Source of the DNA: a virus
Direction: 5' to 3' (one strand)
DNA length: 43,132 nucleotides
Virus record (IMG/VR): IMGVR_UViG_3300045988_067234
Coordinates: 1 to 43,132 of that record
Of the stretch, positions 40,615 through 43,132 are shown in pieces. How positions within the stretch are numbered: position 1 is the stretch's first letter; the number at the start of each line of letters is the position of its first letter. The translations under genes were made by a program, and so were the position numbers. The notes under the pieces were generated by a model. It saw nothing but the letters and a program-made list of their open reading frames with translations, was not told where the DNA came from and ran no database searches.

Positions 40615-41334
40615 ATGCCGAACAGGATAATCAAGGAGAGCATATGCTCAAGTGAGAAGCTGGCGGCGCTTTCGGATTTTGAATTCCGGTTATGGGTTGG
40701 ACTTATAACACAGGCAGATGATGCGGGGCGGGGAGACGCCCGCCCCGCCATAATCAAGGGACACATTTTCCCGTTCCGGGAAAGGCTATCCATCAAAGAC
40801 ATAGATGCTGCGCTCCAAGAATTGGCGGCAAAAGGCTGCGTTGCCCTCTACAAAGTGGACGGGAAGCCCTACTTTTTGTTCCCCGGGTGGGTCAAGCATC
40901 AGCGTGTGCGCGATTGCAAGCCGAAGTTCCCCGAACCGCCGGAAAACGGCGCTCTTGATACTTTCGCCGCAGATTGCGGCGAGTTGCCGCAAGTTGCCGC
41001 AGATTGCGGCTATAATCCAATCCAATCCGAATCCGAATCCAATCCGAATCCGAAAGAAGGGGTACGCGCTGCGCGCTTCACCCCGCCCACCGTCGATGAG
41101 GTGCAGGATTACTGCCGAGAGCGCGGAAACTCCGTAGACGCAGAGCGCTTTGTAGACTTTTACACCGCTAAGGGGTGGAAAGTCGGGAAAAGCCCGATGA
41201 AGGACTGGAAAGCTGCGGTGAGAACTTGGGAAAAGGAGGACGGCGATGGAAAACGTAGGAGTCAGCCTCGCGGCGTGGATCGAGAAGAAGCGCAACGAAG
41301 CGACAGCAAATGGGGCATTACCTACAGCACCTGA
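40615..41334 (+). CDS. Replisome organiser / replication initiator (DnaD-like C-terminus)
   Basis: N-terminal phage replisome-organiser-like region, internal iterons, C-terminus FVDFYTAKGWKVGKSPMKDWKAAVRTWE. Confidence 0.6.
   Translation: MPNRIIKESICSSEKLAALSDFEFRLWVGLITQADDAGRGDARPAIIKGHIFPFRERLSIKDIDAALQELAAKGCVALYKVDGKPYFLFPGWVKHQRVRDCKPKFPEPPENGALDTFAADCGELPQVAADCGYNPIQSESESNPNPKEGVRAARFTPPTVDEVQDYCRERGNSVDAERFVDFYTAKGWKVGKSPMKDWKAAVRTWEKEDGDGKRRSQPRGVDREEAQRSDSKWGITYST
40966..41053 (+). repeat. Origin-like iterons inside the replisome organiser gene
   Basis: GCCGCAGATTGCGGC x2 (40966-40980, 40996-41010; each is a palindrome), TTGCCGC x2, then AATCC(G) x7 (41013-41053). Confidence 0.6.
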
Positions 41335-41998
41335 ATACCGCTGCGAGCTTTGCCACGACACGGGGCAGATAATACACCGAGTGCCGGGGAGCATCGAAAT
41401 CTCCGTTTCCGAGTGCGAATGCGCGATAAAACGCAGAAATGCGCTGCGGATCAAGCGGAGCGGCCTTGCGGACGTTATGAGCCGGTACACCTTCGAGGCG
41501 TACAAGACGCCGGACAAGCAGACGGCGGCCATAAAAGCCGCGGCGCTGCGGTACGTTGCCGAGTCTCGCGGCGAATGGTTTGTGATCGTCGGGAGGCCGG
41601 GCAGCGGCAAGACCCACATATGCACGGCCATTGTCGGCAAGCTGATAGAGGGCGGCAAGAACTGCAAATACATGCTGTGGCGCGACGAGGTGCGCGAGCT
41701 GAAAGCCCTTGTGAACGATAACTCCGCGTACCGGGAGCGCATGAACCTGCTGAAAAACGTTGACGTGCTGTATATCGACGATTTCCTCAAGGGCAGGGCG
41801 GTGTCCGACGGAGACCTCAACGTCGCCTTTGAGCTGCTGAACGCACGGTACAACGCACGGAAACGCACGATCATCAGCGGCGAACGCACGATAGGTGCGA
41901 TCATGGACATTGACGAGGCGATAGGCTCAAGGATATACGAACGCTCGAAAAACGGGTACTGCTTCGAGACGTCGCCGGAGAACCGGAGGCTGACATGA
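41246..41998 (+). CDS. DnaC/IstB-like AAA+ helicase loader
   Basis: Walker A GRPGSGKTH and Walker B VLYIDDF. AAGGAGG RBS. 89-nt overlap with the upstream gene. Confidence 0.8.
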   Translation: MENVGVSLAAWIEKKRNEATANGALPTAPEYRCELCHDTGQIIHRVPGSIEISVSECECAIKRRNALRIKRSGLADVMSRYTFEAYKTPDKQTAAIKAAALRYVAESRGEWFVIVGRPGSGKTHICTAIVGKLIEGGKNCKYMLWRDEVRELKALVNDNSAYRERMNLLKNVDVLYIDDFLKGRAVSDGDLNVAFELLNARYNARKRTIISGERTIGAIMDIDEAIGSRIYERSKNGYCFETSPENRRLT

Positions 41999-42495
41999 GA
42001 ATTGACAGCGCAAGGATGCAGGGCGGCGAGCTCGTGCTGACGGCCTCCGTGCCGGACGCGAGGCGGTTTGTGTATGGCTTCAAGCCGGGGGAATATGACA
42101 TCTCCCCCGCCAAGAAGAAGCGCAGCCTCAACGCCAATGCATACGCGTGGCGGCTCATCAACGACATAGCGCTTGCTGTACGCGAGACGCCGGAGACGGT
42201 GTACCGCGAGGCGCTGAAGAACGTGCCGAACATCTGCGAGGTACTTTGCGTACAGGACAAGGCCGTTGACAGCATGGAGCGGCTTTGGACACGCGACCAC
42301 ATAGGGCGGCGTGTCGAGCGCGAGCCAAGCAGGATCAAGGGCTGCACAAACCTGTATATCTACTACGGCAGCTCGGATTTTGACACCCGCCAGATGGCCA
42401 TGCTGATAGACGGCCTCATACAGGATGCACAGGCGCTGGGCATCGAGACGCGGCCGGAGGAGGAAATCAGATCGTTGCTGGAGGAGTGGAAATGA
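41995..42495 (+). CDS. ninB: NinB/Orf-like recombination mediator
   Basis: RSLNANAYAWRLINDIA and SSDFDTRQMAMLIDGLIQDAQALGIE parallel lambda NinB motifs (from memory). Confidence 0.5.
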   Translation: MRIDSARMQGGELVLTASVPDARRFVYGFKPGEYDISPAKKKRSLNANAYAWRLINDIALAVRETPETVYREALKNVPNICEVLCVQDKAVDSMERLWTRDHIGRRVEREPSRIKGCTNLYIYYGSSDFDTRQMAMLIDGLIQDAQALGIETRPEEEIRSLLEEWK

Positions 42496-42809
42496 CCAAC
42501 GAATACGGCGTTACCCTCGACCGCAACGGCTATGCACCGTCGATCGTGCAGGACATCGCGGGCTGCTACTACTGCGCAACGCAATGCGGCAAGCTCGACC
42601 GGCACGAGGTGTTTCACGGCGCGTTCCGCAAGAAATCAAAGGCGCTGGGGCTCTGGGTGCTGCTCTGCCACGACTGCCACATGACGCTGCACCACAAGGA
42701 CGCTGCGCTTGACGCGCTGCTCAAACGGCAGGGTCAGCGCGTGGCAATGCGGCACTACGGCTGGAGCGAGGACGAGTTCCGGGCGCGGTTTGGGAAAAAT
42801 TATATTTAA
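42492..42809 (+). CDS. Cys/His-rich (HNH-like) nuclease-family protein candidate
   Basis: CYYC...HEVFHG...LLCHDCHMTLHH. ATGA overlap. Confidence 0.4.
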   Translation: MTNEYGVTLDRNGYAPSIVQDIAGCYYCATQCGKLDRHEVFHGAFRKKSKALGLWVLLCHDCHMTLHHKDAALDALLKRQGQRVAMRHYGWSEDEFRARFGKNYI

Positions 42810-42820
42810 GGAGACCGCAT

Positions 42821-43132
42821 ATGAACGAGAAAATAGTTACCAGTCAGGCAGAGCTTGACGCGATACCCGTAGATTACAACGGCAGAATCATCATAAAGTT
42901 CGGCACCCCGGCCGAGCGTGCAGTTGTGAGCAAAAAGTATCTGCGCTCCGTCGAGGCGCATGACAACAGCTCCGTCGAGGCGCATGACAACAGCTCCGTC
43001 TGGGCGAAGGGCAACAGCTCCATCTATACGTATGACAACAGCTCCGTCGAGGCGCATGACAACAGCTCCGTCTGGGCGGATGGCAACAGCTCCATCTATA
43101 CGTATGACAACAGCTCCGTCTGGGCGCATGGC
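42821..43132 (+). CDS. Octapeptide-repeat protein, N-terminal part (runs off the window; continues at nt 79 after removing the 78-nt overlap)
   Basis: ATG at 42821 follows TAAGGAG. No stop before the window end (104 full codons). The repeats begin at 42947. Confidence 0.75.
   Translation, partial: MNEKIVTSQAELDAIPVDYNGRIIIKFGTPAERAVVSKKYLRSVEAHDNSSVEAHDNSSVWAKGNSSIYTYDNSSVEAHDNSSVWADGNSSIYTYDNSSVWAHG
42947..43132 (+). repeat. 24-nt tandem coding repeats
   Basis: Units such as catgacaacagctccgtcgaggcg recur with few substitutions. Confidence 0.85.
43055..43132. repeat. Terminal overlap, identical to 1-78
   Basis: Direct string identity. Confidence 0.9.

Larger units (their letters stand above)
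1..43132. mobile_element. Complete temperate phage genome (circularly permuted in this window)
   Basis: Full set of terminase, portal, capsid, lysis, integrase, repressor and replication genes. The window ends overlap by 78 identical nt, and one ORF spans the junction in frame. Confidence 0.9.

Noticed and set aside
42947-43132. Regular 24-nt repeats as a possible CRISPR array.
   Set aside because: The repeats are contiguous with no spacers. They are in frame within an ORF and encode an octapeptide motif. No cas genes are present.

Overview
The window is an essentially complete, circularly permuted temperate phage genome of about 43 kb. Nt 1-78 are identical to nt 43055-43132, and an ORF that runs off the 3' end continues in frame at the 5' end. 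The GC-rich sequence, strong AGGAGG-type RBSs, a Prp protease and sporulation-like accessory genes suggest a Clostridia-type Firmicute host (inference). Early and replication genes lie on + (35450 -> window end -> 4779): Lar-like anti-restriction, DUF739 Cro-like, XRE regulator, Rad52-like annealase, SSB, replisome organiser with internal iterons, DnaC-like loader, NinB-like, Cys/His nuclease-like, an octapeptide-repeat protein, an atypical C5-MTase-like protein and DUF551. Late genes lie on + (4810-29593): TerS, TerL, portal, Prp, a collar-domain fibre, a Q-rich protein, a 3372-aa polyvalent giant protein, scaffold, major capsid, further structural genes, an NlpC/P60 endolysin, XhlA-like protein plus holin, and a sigma-like regulator. 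A five-gene post-lysis accessory cassette follows (29678-31653). attP carries a tRNA-Ser(GCU) 3' fragment flanked by TGTAGGCTACG arm repeats (31680-32021). A minus-strand lysogeny module (integrase, membrane-anchored HTH, exported protein, CI-like repressor) faces a three-operator switch (35250-35356). No tail tube or tape measure gene is visible, so the virion is probably podovirus-like. The most unusual feature is an ORF-poor, highly structured region of about 880 nt (36275-37153). It holds two diverged tandem copies of a ~400-nt element with compensatory base changes and their own minus-strand promoters and terminators. These lie antisense within the early operon.
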